Assembly: GCA_002633005.1 (NCBI GenBank)
Contig: NMRA01000264.1
Coordinates: forward strand, 315,565-379,564
From: Phoronis australis
Lineage: Eukaryota; Animalia; Phoronida
Direction of reading: 5' to 3'
DNA length: 64,000 bases
The first letter of the stretch is position 1; every line of letters begins with the position of its first letter. Of this stretch, positions 37,401 to 63,408 are shown one piece after another. Under the pieces are notes generated by a model. The model had not been told where the DNA came from, ran no database searches, and worked only from the letters and a program-made list of their open reading frames with translations. Position numbers and translations under genes: made by a program.

Positions 37401-40400
37401 AAGCGCTTGTAAAAAACACGTGGCTTTCTTTCATGTAACCTCATTCAGCCTCAATAACATCCACAATTAGACCCTTGAACGTAAACACAGCAGCATATAA
37501 CTTGAATCGTTTTGAGCCCAAAATCAGACCCTTGAAGTAGACCAGAGTGTCACTAGGTCTTCTTTAGCTTCAGTCCCTCGTGTTTCTTCCAGGAAAGGAA
37601 ATAAGCTATTGTCCACACATGACTCATTGCCTATGAAAGGGCATCCTCACCAACAAGGCTTACTTGTGTAGCAGTCAGATATAGTTCGTCTGAATACACA
37701 GACAGTCCACTGGCACATTGTCTCATGGTAACTTTGTACTGCAATTCACATTTCTCCAGGGCCACTGACTTGTACATTGTGCCATGCAGCACTTCTGGTG
37801 TGTGGAAGTGCTGTGGGAAGAGAACCGAGTAACAAAGCTTGTCTATGATACAGCTTGAAGTGGCTTTAAAATGTCACTGAACCTGGAACAAATATTGAAA
37901 TGTGAATAATTAAGTACTCCAGATTGGGTCAAAAACGTTATCCCTGTTGTTCAAAAATATATGGTGACTGCTCTACAGTTTCACATAAAATTAAATAATT
38001 AATTACTATTTTCAGAAACCAAGGGTGTATATAACAAGCATTGCATAAAACTGTGTCTTTATTTTTTATTCGTAGCCATAACAATTCTTTAAACGTATCA
38101 CTTGTCTGCAAAATATACAAGCTTTTTGAGACAACTTCAAACCTTTGTTACCCATTTTCAAGCCTTTTTAATTTTGATACTTTCAGCAATTTCAAACTCC
38201 CATTACAGTTTCATGGGTCTGTCAAGAATACTTCTAGTCTAAGGTTGAGGGAACCGTTTCTCAGACTTTTAATCAGTGTTTCTTCTAATAGAAGATATGA
38301 AGACTTGGGTCATTTAAAAATGATGACTAATCTTTCTGTTGTTTAAGAGTAATTACAAATCGTAAGGCACCATCAAAAATGCAATTTTCACAAAAATGGC
38401 AGTCATTTGAATTTATAACGGCTTGCAACATTTCAAGGCATGAGTTAAGACTATTCAGTCACTGTGAATTCAGAAAATGTAATATATTTCCATGGGTTTA
38501 CAATAGCAAAACAGTTTCATGAAATCAACTTGAAGGGACTTCATGAAGGTTAAGAATTACCTCACCATGCTCTTTTCCCCAAACATGTATTACCTGTTAT
38601 TTCCACACATTCAGTTGTAACAAATATTACAACCCCAACCCCCCATGCCAATCCCCCGCTTCAAGGACCTGAATAAGAAAATTAACAAAATGACTTACAT
38701 ACCTTTCTTTAAAAATAGCTGTTCCTTTTCAAAGGCTTTGTTCGTTGCCTCCAACATTGAAAGTAGGCTTTGACAAAAGATCTGCACTGGATGGGAAGAT
38801 TTTGTTGGTTAGCTGCTGTCAAATGCTAAAAACCAATTTTTGTCCATTCAGGGACGGTGCAGAAGCGATGCATATCTCCTCTGCACGGTACAAGCCCTCA
38901 AACCTAAAAACTAAAGGTTACGTGAAAACAGAAGTGATAGATTTCCATTTCAACGTGTAATAGATTTCCAGAAGACATATGATAGGGAGTAAACAAATAG
39001 TCTAATGCAATGGATATTTGTCATGTACCCCGCTTTGCCATTGGGCTTGAATTGTAATCTTAACTCATTAACCTGTATCGAGTTGACAGCATAAACATTC
39101 AGCATTGATTGATGTAACTGTCACTGATAAACTGTTAGAAATCATTCCAAACAATATTAATGCTTTGATGTACGAAAAGATCCCGATTGCTACGTCAAGT
39201 ATCGTATCACATATCACAACAAACAAAGATAACCCGACCGGCGACTACCGCGAAGTCGACATCGGCGAGTACCTCAGTTAACAGACATCGGTAGAATAAG
39301 CATGGAATAATCGTTAAAATAATCACAAACCTTACTTTTGTATAACGTCGTGCTTACTTCCTCTCATAGAAGCACCCTTTTCACGGAATCTCAGATTCAG
39401 TTGGCACGGCTGCAAGCCATTTCACCATGTATTTAAAGGGCTCACGAAATCGAGGCTGTTAATCTATCACCACTAGTACACGCGCGCCCTCTAGTTATTG
39501 TAGATTTTCCGAATAGCCCCATTAGTTATCTTCTTAACATCTAATTCTTCTTGGTTTCATAAACATTGTTTGATTGATTAAAATTCTTTTGTAAGTTGAA
39601 TAAAACACTTTCTCATAACACAACTGTAACAACTTTGTTTTTTCTTTTCTTTTTATTTGTTTAGCAGCAGTGTGTGTTTCAATTTTAGACATATCTATAA
39701 TATTGTTCACAATAAATGAACTTACCATGGGTGATCACTATGAAACAAGCATCCTGGTGAATTTGCTGGTTATGGGTAGTTGAATCATTAAAATTCTTAC
39801 ACCGTTTATAGACAAGTCCTCTATGAAAGTGCAGTTAAAAGGGTAATAAATGCAAACTTCTGTCAAGAACTATCGTTTGATTCAGGGCTCTTTATTGTTA
39901 TAAAAGGCCTCGTCTTGTTTCAATTAGAAGTCTTTTCTAGACTTGAGAACGACATTATGTTAATTCATGCCAGGTTGCTTGTCAATGAGAAGATAGAACA
40001 GGTGATTATATTACTGCAGACCAAGTTACTTGTCAATGGCAGATTGGTTTCAGTCACTAAGGTAGTTGGAGAATCCTAGGCGTTTTATTGTGCGTAATTT
40101 AATTCAAACAAAGAGGTTGCGTAGATTTTGTTTTTAAATTGTCAGTGTGCAGGTGAAAAAAATGATGTTTAATTTCCATTTCCAGGTCAGTACCCTCACG
40201 TTGAGATGCATGTAAGACTATTCTTCAGACGTGTGTTCACGGATGTATTGAGACGTCATGAAGACAGAGCATTCTGGCTGAGTATGATAGTGAAGAGTTT
40301 GCCCATGATCAATCAAGCCAGGATGTTATACCTCTTGTTTGGACCAGCCTCAGCAGGTACTGAACAGCTTGCAACGTATGGCGCTCGAGTGGGATTTGAT

Positions 40401-43400
40401 TTTGTCATTTTTTAACAAAAACAACTTTTAAAGTTATGCGGAACTTAATACAAAATGTGAAAATTTTGTGGTAATGGTCACTTACGGAGGGCTCACTGTT
40501 TGAGAACCACTGAATAACAGGCATCAAACTCAGCTGTTCTCAATATCCAAGACCCTTGTAAGTGAGTATTGCCAATTTTGCCAGTTGGGAACATCAAAAC
40601 TCAGAGATGACTGTTTGGATTCAAATGAAACTTCCAGGTATTCTACTTTATGGTCTCTTTTCCACTTTGACATCAAAATTTGGTGTTTTTAGGGCTCTTG
40701 TTAAAAAAATTGAAAGTTGCATAAAATGAAAACAAATGGATAATTTAGAAAACTCATGATTTTTATCTTGAACATTTACATTCAAATGAAGATATTGGTT
40801 GATACCATTGTTTTGTTGTGAATGAACCTTTTGATAATTTTAATAAAAAGACATAGTTTTGCAAATGGCTAAGAGTAAATACTTGCAAATGGTCCAACAT
40901 AACCTCAATATACTGCAAATCCAGACAGCTTCTTGTGCAATATGTTTAAATACTGGCAAATATCTCTCCCCACAAAACTTCCCTATGAACCTCACCTGCT
41001 GAGAAACTAATCTGTAGTTTGATATCCCGATACTCAGTTACACCTCACAAGCCATCTGTAGATGGAGGTTGCCAGCACTATAGAACTAATTCCCTTTCTT
41101 TAAAGTGAAGTTGAAAATCATGTCATGCATGTGAGGATGTAACTAACTCTGTCCAACCATTTTTCCCTCCTTAAGGTGATGTTGAAAGTCATGTCATGCA
41201 TGTGAGGATGTAACTAACTCTGTCCAACCATTTTCCCCTCTTTAAGGTGATGTTGAAAGTCATGTCATGCATGTGAGGATGTAACTAACTCTGTCCAACC
41301 ATTTTCCCCTCCTTAAGGTGATGTTGAATGGCATGACATGTGTGAAACTACACCTCAAGATGCCTTACGAACTTACCATAAGTTTGGACCACTGGCTGAT
41401 GCTCTTCAAAGTCTTCATCAGTTCAATCACTGGTCAGAGGACACCATCATCAGCGTAATTGATGAGATCACTAGTATGTACGGCAATTGTATGATTGTGT
41501 AGTTTTCAAATAAGTACCCAAACAAAATCCGTTGAACCTGAAATTCTGATTTATGGCAAGAAACCCAGACACCAGATGGAAAATAACACCAAAATCATTT
41601 TTGCTTTGAAATTTTGGAAGAGAAGAACATTTGTCATCTTTTTGCAAAATAACTAGTTCTTGTTTTACTGTCATTCATCAAATTAAACGCAATACTAGTA
41701 GTGTTTTTAGTGCTGAGATGTATGAAAAAATAGTGATAAAGTCTTCTTCTTATCAACTGTAGGCAGGTTTACATGGTGACACATCCTAATCAGCCAGTCT
41801 GTTATTTGGAAAACTTTTTCAAATTGGTAAAAGGAAAAGGATCAACTTGAGATTGAGGCACCAAAGCAGTATGCATGTATCCATCTAGAACTGAAATATA
41901 CCAGTGATGTGTTCTGTACTGGCAAGGAAGTTTTTATCACACGCAAGAATTCCTTCACTGTCAAATAACTAACATTAAATTCATTTGTCAGGTTTACCTG
42001 AAGACTGGCTACCTGAAAACACAGCTCACCTGATGATCTTATGTGGTGATGCGATCACCGTAAAACTTTTGGGAAGCAAAGCCATCAATGGGCGTATACG
42101 GGATATTTCTGTGACAATAGCAGGTCTGGCAGTGGTAAGCTATTGATGTTTGCAGACTGATAGGTTGGCCAGTAAGTGCTAATAAATTGAATTACTCTCA
42201 TTCTTCACTTATTTCACACAAAATTAATTGCCACAATTGCTCCTTTTCTATTTTTCAAAGGCTGATCACTTTTACTTCAAATAATGATAATATACCAGAT
42301 GTTGCTTATTGACATACACGTAGTGCAAACTATGCAACATAAACTAAAAATGAAATTGTTATTTCTTGCAGAGAAATTTGACAAAATATTCTGTCACATG
42401 TCCTCCATGTTGTGTGGTAAATAGTTGAAGAATTACCACACTTGTTGCTAAGGGAAGGACTCAGTTTTTTATGCAATAAGTCAACTGAGATGTTCATTAA
42501 GTTATCAAAACTGTTGTTTTCTCATAAGGTATATAAAGAAATCATTTCTTGATGTATAAAAAGTACATAAATGTGACAAGGTCCAGGTAAAAGGTTATTG
42601 AAAAAATAAAATGCCAGATGTTTCTGACTGGAGAGCGTTCATTAAGGCTATAGGACCTATGCTAGGACCTTGCTAAAGTCAGCCAAAATCATGTGTTCTC
42701 TTTCAAAATACACGGCAATATCTCATATAATCTTGCAAAGTTTACTTTTTAGCGAGGTCCTAGTATTACTGAACTCTACCTGGTAAAACAGGAAGACACA
42801 ATCATGATTTGGCATTCTTTTCCATTTCCCTTTAGGCGTGCTACAAGAACCAGTTCCCGATATCATGGGTTGTATCAGTGATACGTAAAGTCAGCACGTA
42901 CATCGAGGCCCAGAAGGACCGTTTGTATTTCTTAAATGGCATTATAGACACTTTCAGAGAGAACATTTTGGAACTACATGAATTTAGTGACCACCCAGGT
43001 AACAGGATTGAATTGTTTGGCCGTAGCGTATGTCTCAAGTGTTGCAGCTGAAGTAAGGTTTAAATTGAAAAAATGGTCTGCGAATTACATTGGGAGTGTG
43101 CTCCGGCATGTTCCTATAGACAGGTGTGGTCCTACACACTTTGTTGAAATCGCAACAAGAGCAGTTAGGTGCCATGATGTCTCATTAAACTCTTAAGTTC
43201 AATGGAAATGCCATTTTATTTCGAAAAAATGATAAATTAAAGTGGCATGGCATTAGTCCCAAGTTTGGCAGAGTTTGACCGAAATCTGTCATAATCGGCC
43301 TACAGTTTATTTTGAAAACTACATTGTTTACATTGTCCAGTGCAGGTGTTACTTGGCAAATTCAACAACTGTGTATCAAAGAGACCTGTTATTTTACAGA

Positions 43401-43575
43401 CCAAGACCCTGAACTGGAGACAACTGTTTCTGCCCTGTCGGAGTTCACAAAAGAAATCATCATGGTTTCCTTCACCATACTCACAACAAGGTCTCCTGGG
43501 TCAAGTTCACAAAGTAATGTAAATCTCAAGATGACCGGTGCTAAAGAAAACAAGTTTACCAAGTCTGAGGAGTAA
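31434..43575 (+). CDS. FBXO47: F-box only protein 47 (465 aa, 9 coding exons)
   Basis: Exons 31434-31590, 32304-32471, 33306-33382, 35222-35408, 40186-40356, 41318-41473, 41992-42134, 42836-42998, 43400-43575 total 1398 nt in frame. F-box LGYLDSIPLELKFLVFSYL; family motifs GLLMKRSTCL, FLHTFTAGWDDTEC, AFWLSMIVKSLPMINQARMLYLLFGP, PEDWLPENTAHLMILCG, SKAINGR. Confidence 0.92.
33690..34535. mobile_element. hAT5-like non-autonomous element with nested tRNA-related repeat
   Basis: CATAGGCGGATTTAGGGGG...CTAGATCCGCCACTG flanked by TATAT. Internal short MKKVTSFFK resembles a transposase N-terminus. Contains the repeat 34106-34489. Confidence 0.62.
34106..34489 (+). mobile_element. ~390 bp dispersed repeat with internal tRNA-derived A/B boxes, copy 2
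   Basis: Aligns in inverted orientation to 27385-27773. A box at ~34248, degenerate B box GTTTGAGTC at ~34294. Confidence 0.7.
34632..34916. repeat. 71-bp minisatellite, 4 copies (FBXO47 intron 3)
   Basis: AAGGTTGGTTGACAGTAATGAAACATAGGG...CACTGATTATAGCAACAC repeated. Confidence 0.9.
35999..39520. mobile_element. Decayed ISL2EU-like (PIF/Harbinger-related) DNA transposon in FBXO47 intron 4
   Basis: TIRs GGGGCTATTCGGA(G/A)AAT at both ends, flanked by AT on each side. Plus strand THAP remnants GHKFPKDLRLLYSWTIAVKR (36174-), RVCS (~36273), LKPTARPFI (~36987). Minus strand YqaJ-like remnant TPEVLHG...SGLSVYSDELYLTATQVSLVGED (37801-37640). Contains stops and frameshifts; no DDE domain recognised. 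Confidence 0.78.
41105..41345 (+). repeat. 71-bp tandem repeat made of the FBXO47 exon 6 splice acceptor
   Basis: Units start at 41105, 41176 and 41247; the real exon starts at 41318. Each unit contains CTAAC, a pyrimidine tract and TTAAG|GTGATGTTGAA. Confidence 0.9.
42632..42777. mobile_element. ~145 bp MITE with three copies in the window (also 1-99 and inverted at ~62891-63028)
   Basis: Shared core AAAATACACGGCAA(C/T)ATCTCAT(G/A)TAATCTTGC; imperfect TIRs GTTCA(G/T)TAA..CTAGGACCT / AGGTCCTAG..TTACTGAACT. Confidence 0.65.
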
Positions 43576-44949
43576 TCTTCAGTGTTTGTCTAACAAAAGC
43601 GTTCATCTTGTGTTTCATTGATATTTTCTAGTGTTTTGCTAAGAACGAGAATTGTGCATTCGAACGTTGACGCACACTTTGCAAAACTGTCTTCAAAAGA
43701 CAAGTGACTTTGGAAATATTCAATCTTACCCATTCCTAAAGTTAATCAGTTTTTGCATCATTCAAAGCTAGCAACACATGTAAGATGTGTAGCAAATACG
43801 TATTATCACCATTTTACCGAGTCTGAACATGGTCGATGGAGAAGTTTTTAAAATGTTTGCCTTAACCGAAGTTCGCTATAATCACTTAGCACTTGTACAA
43901 TAGGACACTTAAGCCATATAACAATGTAAACCAGGTTCGTTGACACGCTTTGACTGTAATCATTGCGCATGAGAAACTAGATAGTCAATGCTTTTAGTTT
44001 GATGTAACGTGTTCAACTTATTGATGCAAGCACTTGTGTCCAGTCATTTTAAAATTGCAATCTTTGTCCTTCAGACTATAAAATCAATGAGTAATAGAAT
44101 TTTCAAGTGAAACATTTTATTTATAACATTTCTTTCAATTTATCACAGTGGTCTACTGCTAGTAGAGATCAAATCACCGAGCTAAAGTACTATATAACAG
44201 CACCTAGACGGAAACAAAATCTGCAGTGCCGTACAGTATCAACAATATTAAGGGGAGTGGACATGAAAAGCTTAAAGTTATATTGAGAGCTACATCGATG
44301 GGGCACAAGTGGCTAACTTCAAAATGAGATAAAATAAAGACGAAGCAGTTTGTTTAGCCAAAATTATGAATTCCATTCACAGCACAGTACAACTTTAGAA
44401 AAAAAAGAAGTCTTAACTTGCCTCTACTTTTTGTGACTGTCACAAAATTTGAATCCAAACTTTCGACACCACTATGAAATGGTATGTCCTAAGGTAGCAG
44501 TGATGCTACCTAAACAGCGCTCAATATACCTTTAATATTTGAAAAATAAAAACAACATGAGGTCCCCTTTTCTTGACAGTTGGTATTTTCTTATGGCTAA
44601 ATTAGTTTAAAGGGGCATCTCCTTCTTCTTCAGGACTTGAACACAAAGCCTATTAAATAAGATCATTAACTCGGACAAACCTGTCTGGGAAAATCTTGCA
44701 TACTAGCAATTGGTTTCTTCTAAGATTCATGTACAGCAGATCAACTTTTTAAAGGCTTATCCACCTCTGCATGTAATGAAGCCTGTTTCATACTATTTTT
44801 ATGTGCCAGCATTATCAACATTCTGTTAAGTGGCTATAAACCATCTTGCATCACATAAATGTGTTTGATTTAGGCCTCTTACCCTTATGAAATTGGTCTC
44901 AAGTGTTCCTTTGTCAAACTGGAAATGATTTCTGGGCTTCAAAAGAACT

Positions 44950-45340
44950 GACAGTTTGTTATTGCCTGATATCAGGCTCTATACAATGGCCAGACACGTC
45001 ATGTCGTTATATGCACCAGCTTGTTATTGCCTGATATCAGGCTTAACAATGGCCAGACACGTCATGTCATATGCACCAGTTTGTTATTGCCTGATATCAG
45101 GCTCTACACAATGGTCAGTCACTTCATGTCATCATATGCACCAAGCATGGTCTCAACTAATAATAAACTGACAGTTTGTTATTGCCTGATATCAGGCTCT
45201 ACACAATGGTCAGTCACCTCATGTCATTATATGCACCAGTTTGTTATTGCCTGATATCAGACTCTACCCAATGGCCAGTCTTGTCATGTCACTTTACGCA
45301 CCAAGCATGGTCTCAACTAATAATGAACTGTCAGTTCTAT
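44950..45340. repeat. Compound minisatellite (~60-65 bp units plus a repeated spacer)
   Basis: TTGTTATTGCCTGATATCAG(G/A)CT occurs 5 times; CCAAGCATGGTCTCAACTAATAAT occurs twice. Confidence 0.85.
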
Positions 45341-47573
45341 GCCTCATGCCAGCAAGGAACAATTAAAGACCCATTTTATAATCAAAATTTGCCTTTTGAA
45401 CGCAATTAAGGTTTATAGTCACTGTAAGGAATCTAAATTGTTTTCAATCGTGGCATGAAACAGTGTGAGACAAATTTTTATGGAATAATACAACAGCCTG
45501 TCTTCCATCCTCACAATTTCAAGCACAAGCATTCTCAGCAACATATCTCTTTTTGCCAAAAATGCAATTATAATTATCCTTTCTAAGGACCAGTACTTCT
45601 TTCTCATGCACTGTGATTCTTTTTTAATGAAGCACAGCTGTACCCAGTTGTAGTCGTGACACAATACCCCCAAGTATGTGCGCACAGTGCCAGAGTGAAT
45701 AGAAAGCTTGTTCATGAACAAAGCGAGGAGGAAGACTGTGTGCCTTGAGCAACATGGTTTGTAATGAGCGTTTCCAGGACCTGAGATAGAAGGAAATGTC
45801 CCTACAATATTCATCATCACACATTTCAAGTTCACTGCATACAAGCATATATACAGATCACCAACAAAATATTATAAAGCACCTATATTACATAACAACC
45901 GATTCCATACAGAAGCAACTTATAATTTAGTAGCAAGAAACAAACCTTCAATTGCACTAATCAACAGTATTTGTGCCAAAAAGATAATAAAAACCTAGAA
46001 AACAAAGATTGCAGCAGGACAAGTTTGGCTGAACAGTCGTTTGTCAGTTTTAGCATCCCTTAAAGGTAGCGCTGGTATCAACAATCTGATTAAACATTAG
46101 CACTATTTTCTATTCATATTTAACAGAAAGAATAGCCAAACCCACTCTTAACAATAAAACCTAGCACACCATAAGCAATGTACACAGTTCTGGCTGGAGA
46201 AAGGTTAACACAAAAAATAACACAGCCCACTGCCAAGGACCATGTATTTATAACACTGGAGAAGTAAAAAATCGGGTGGACATTACCCAAATGGTCGATT
46301 CTGTTCACATGTCCAGTAACACATGAAGTGGTCAAAATAAAATGTAGGAGATGGTAATTTCTTGCCTGAATAAGATAAGGTGTTGCTGAAACTGGGTTTT
46401 CAAACGTGATTTTCCTACGTTTAGGAGCTAAAATTTATTGTTCAAAAGTAACTCATGCTTTCAAGGATGGCACAATCGTAGAAATTGGTGGAAGGTTTTG
46501 AGTGAGTATGGGCATCTAAAAGTGAAAATTTGCAAATTTCACCCATGGTTGTTACCCTTAAACGGGCATTAACCCAAACATGGACAGAAATTTTAGTTCT
46601 AAGAACACAATTATTTTGTAACAAAATTACTTTAAATCACAGAAAATCACGCTTTGCTTTCTGTGTTACAGGCAAATGCCATTTTTTATTCAATGCTTGC
46701 CTACATTGTTTCATCCTTGGGTCACATGTGAACAACACACTGGCAATTTCTCCAATAAAACTCATTTCAAAAATGCAAAACCCAAACAGCTTTACACGGC
46801 ATTTCATGATCGTCAGAACAATTGTCTGAAGATCTCATAATTGCCATCAACTGGAAACTCAACATTCACTAGGTGTGGTTACTGACAAGGCTTTCTTTCT
46901 ATTATCTGAATAAGATAACGAACCTCTTTTCAACATTAGGGTGTTTCTGGAATAAGTGTTCTATGCAACAACCTGAAAACACTTCAGGCACAACCATTGT
47001 CTCACCAGCCCCACATTGTGAATTTTAAAGTTATTAAAAACATGCACCATTAAAAAGTGGACACGACTTTGTGGATGATAAGCAACTGCCGGTAGTTTGG
47101 ATATGTTAGAATGCTGATGAAAATACTGCCTGTGAACACTCGGCAAAAGAGAAAAAACAATACACAGTGAGTCCAAAAGCACCAATCAACGAGTGCACCA
47201 GCACACCACAGAAACAAATTGGAACCCAAAGTGACTTTAATGCACAATCAACCATCTGAAACGAGCTGTCCAAGAATCTGGTTTGAATTCATCCACATAT
47301 CCACGTAGCACTGTTGAAAACAGAGGAACTATTAAAACAATAACCATGACAAATAAAGTGACCAAAACAGGATAAAGCCGCTGTATTTAAATAATAAATG
47401 AATTATAGTTAACTAATCGTGATGTTGACAATGTGAATTCCTTGCGTCTATAAACGGTGACTGTGACTCCTTAGGATTACTCAACTTTCAGTGCTGAAGA
47501 TCAAGTGCCATTCCTGCAATATTTACTTCTCCAGAGCTCGTCGCTTGCATTGTAAATTGACTTATCTGTCGTC

Positions 47574-59886
<12,313 letters not shown>

Positions 59887-62419
59887 CTTCCGTCAATCAT
59901 TTAAACTACAAAGCAAAATAACAAAGGTATACTGTAACCAATAGGTGAGATGGTTGTGTGGTAAATTTGTGACGTTGTTTAGATTTTTTAGCCTCTAAAC
60001 GAAACTGCAGTAGAGTTCATCTTAATCTAAAACTTGACAGGCTGTTTTACCAAAAAATATTTAAGAACACATTCAATTTTGATGCTTTTGGTCTTCACAA
60101 TTCAATCCAGACTTTCCATTATTATAACTTTGCCTATAAAGTGATAATCAGTGTTATTCACAATCTGTTTTGACTCATTGTAGAAGTAAGACTGAATTTT
60201 GCTGTGACGAGCTTGACTCACACATGTCTAGTTTGAAAATCAATGTAATGAGTATGAACCAGGTCTTCATTTAGCAGGCACCCGGAGTGTCCATTTGAAC
60301 ACCTTGGCTAGGATGCTCTGATTAACAAATATACATTCTGTTCAGCATGTGAACGCCCAGGTAAAGTGAGTCAAAAAGCTTTGGTATAACTTTTAACTCG
60401 CTAACAAATGCTTTACTAGCTCATAAGCCTGTACAGGATAAACAGAATAAGAAGTTAGTTAAGATATTTTGTAAGATATGATATACTTCATTATAAGTCT
60501 CCAAAGTAACATATGACACTTGACTATGACAGCAATTTGACTAGGGGTCCAAACAAAGCAGTCACACCTCTATGTTCAAGGACGCCCATAGAAATTGAAA
60601 AACCCATTTTGGATGCCCCTTTTTTGAAATCCTCGTTTGAATTCACGGAAGACGAGTCATTTTTCAACGAAAAAATCATCTTAGTTATTTTACATCAAGC
60701 CACTGCACAGGTTATAAGCTAAACATGCAGACACTTGACTATATGAACATAAACTTATGAAGATGTCCGTGAATATTGTAACTGTCGACGAGTTTGAATT
60801 TTCTAGTTGTGGAGAACACTTGATAATTATGAGATTTGTTCAGTCTTGGGAATGCTTATAAATGTAGCTCTTGTGTCACATTAACACCTGTTGGAAGGTA
60901 AATAAAACTTTGGCATTAGAGTGCAAAATTTGGTAGACCCTATAAAAATGTCCAAATTTGGCTAACTTTTACTTCTACTAAACAGTTCTGAGATTTCACC
61001 ATGAACATCTATCAAAATAAATTAAGTCATTTTTATCGATCCCATTTTTGTGTTTCTAATATACCAATTCTTCGTCGTTTAATTCTAGACATGACCACGA
61101 GACCCACGTAATGTTAGATTAGTAGTGGCATAAAGTAAAAAATAAAAGTTTAGTAAATAAAAACGAGTTGAATTCAATAGTTTTGCAGTCATTTGGTTTA
61201 AATTAAACACACTAGTCTATAAGGTCCTACATAGTAAATAAATTCACACTTCAATCACCTCAAAGTTATGTGATTAAGTAGATTCTATTCCCCCAGTACG
61301 CTATTTCAGGAGCATGTGTAAATTGCTACTCAGATGCAGTACCATTGTGCAAACATTGGACAGATATGTAGAATCAGGGCCCAGAGTAGCCAGCCAGCTA
61401 GATATACGAAGATTATCATCAAAACACCATTATGTGTTACCTTAACATAGACTTTGAAAATTCACACAGCTCATCAGTTCTTAGACAAACATGAAGACCT
61501 AACAACCAGCAAGGGTGCATGCAAAAATCTGGGAGTTAAATGACACTCATCTTGCCCGTTACAGTCATAAACATGAAAAAAAAAAAAATTGAGTAATGTA
61601 ATTTTCTTGAGTGATTCTCCAGGTTTTTAACCAAGAAAAACTAGTCGTCGATTTGGAAACAGTATGCTTGTGACACATGCAGTTTGTTTTATTTTTGCAA
61701 CATCTTTCGGAAGACAATGACAACTTCACAGAAGCAAGATATGCTCAGAAGCTTGGGTTTACTGAAAAGCACATAATGAAGTGAAACCAATTCCGATAAA
61801 TTGGTGTAAACTGTATGCAACCTTACATGGAAGAATTGGTGAAAAAAAAATTGGCCAATAGGTGACACTGATGGTGAAAGTCACTCCACTAATTTAGCAG
61901 CAGAATTATGCTAGAACATGGCAATCTGTGAAGCCCTGTTAGTTTTGCCTTGGCAATCTCTGTACTCAACACTAACATGATTCCAGTGAACTAACATATT
62001 TGAGCTCTAATCATGCAGCACGATAGGTTAGATTGAAAGTCTGATTCTGGTCTGAGTTCAGAGATGTGCAAGGCAGGACACAGCTACAACCACAGCCACA
62101 GAGCTCAGTCCAGAGTTGAACCTAACAAATGGGTCTTGTTGTACAATTAAAGCTAACGGCACGAACATCAGAAAGCCAAGCCAGAGCTTATGGCAGCCAT
62201 TTAGAAAGCCAAATGCGAAATCAATTATGTCTAAGGGGAGGCCCAGAACTAGGCAGAATTGTTCTTTGTATAATTAGGCTACTGAGCACGAATGAAAACA
62301 ACAGACTCTGAAGTCATCGAGCAAAAGGGTCAAATACTGTTCTAACCTTGATAACAATTAGCAACAATTATTCAAAGAAGTCACATTTAGAGTTGATATG
62401 ACGAAGGCCAGCCCAGCAA

Positions 62420-63130
62420 CAGTACCTTGTCACTTGATGTGTTCGCTCTATTGTCTCACAATCCAGCAAAATTAGCCGGGATATTGAGTCATCGATAATC
62501 AGCAGTCCAGTTGTGATCTTTTTAATGCGGCTGCCTTACAACAACTGATGTAAATAATTGAACATCCGCAATGAAAAAACGATTTGTAAAGTGCAAAACA
62601 AAAGTAGAAAAACACAAGAAAAAAGTTGTATGTTGATGTTTATTTGTTGAACTAAATGAGTTTTATAATGATTAGATGATAGATATTTCATTTAAGAGCA
62701 ATGTAAAATAATGCGTATGAATATATTTTGAATAAAAAACAAGTAGCTAATTATTTTTGTGTATTACTATTAATTGAACGCTATGTTAAAAAACTGCAGA
62801 ATAATTTCATCAAATAATTTAATAAAAAAGGAAATTATCAAATAAGTTTGAAATATCCACAAGTCTGTGCTTCACATGAAGTTCCGGGTAAAGTTCAGTA
62901 AAGCAAGGACCTCGCTAAAAGACATAACTTAGCGAGATTACGTGAGACATTGTCGTGTATTTCAAACGAGAGCACGTGATGTATGTTAGTTTTTAGCAAG
63001 GTACTAACGTAGGTCTTAGCGTTACTAGCCCGTGAAGACTTCCGGGCATACGCGATAATAGTTCTCTTTTTTCGCGAGTTTTCTTGAAACATGACTCTTT
63101 GTTTCTGAATTCCTCTTTGAAATTTTTACG
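62420..63130. promoter_or_regulatory. Putative divergent promoter region between STK38 and the TAF11-like gene
   Basis: The STK38 ATG exon has its own acceptor at 59906-59907, implying an upstream non-coding exon (candidate minus-strand donor near 62424). The TAF11-like ATG is at 63131 on the opposite strand. Confidence 0.4.
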
Positions 63131-63408
63131 ATGTCTGCATCTACAGAAGATGCTAAAACTCGTTCTGAGCGGGAAGGCAACGCGTCGTTCGATTCTGATC
63201 TTAGCAAAGAAGATGCACAGAATATCAACAAAAACTTGAACAGCAGCGGGTCGGAACGAGAAGGAAGTTTGGAACCGCCAGCTAAGAAATCACGTTTGGT
63301 TGAAACTCCTAAAGTTAGTGAAGAAAAGATGAAAGATGATCTGCATGATGATGTGTCCCATGAGAAATCTAAAAAGGAAAAACAAGAGGAAGAAAGGCGA
63401 CGAATGCA
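63131..63408 (+). CDS. TAF11: Probable first coding exon of TFIID subunit TAF11; the rest lies beyond the window
   Basis: ATG-initiated charged, low-complexity ORF with NLS-like PPAKKSRL, ending KKEKQEEERRRMQ at donor CA|GTATGT. This resembles the 'EEE..KMQ' segment that precedes the TAF11 histone fold. The fold itself is not in the window, so the name is tentative. Confidence 0.6.
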
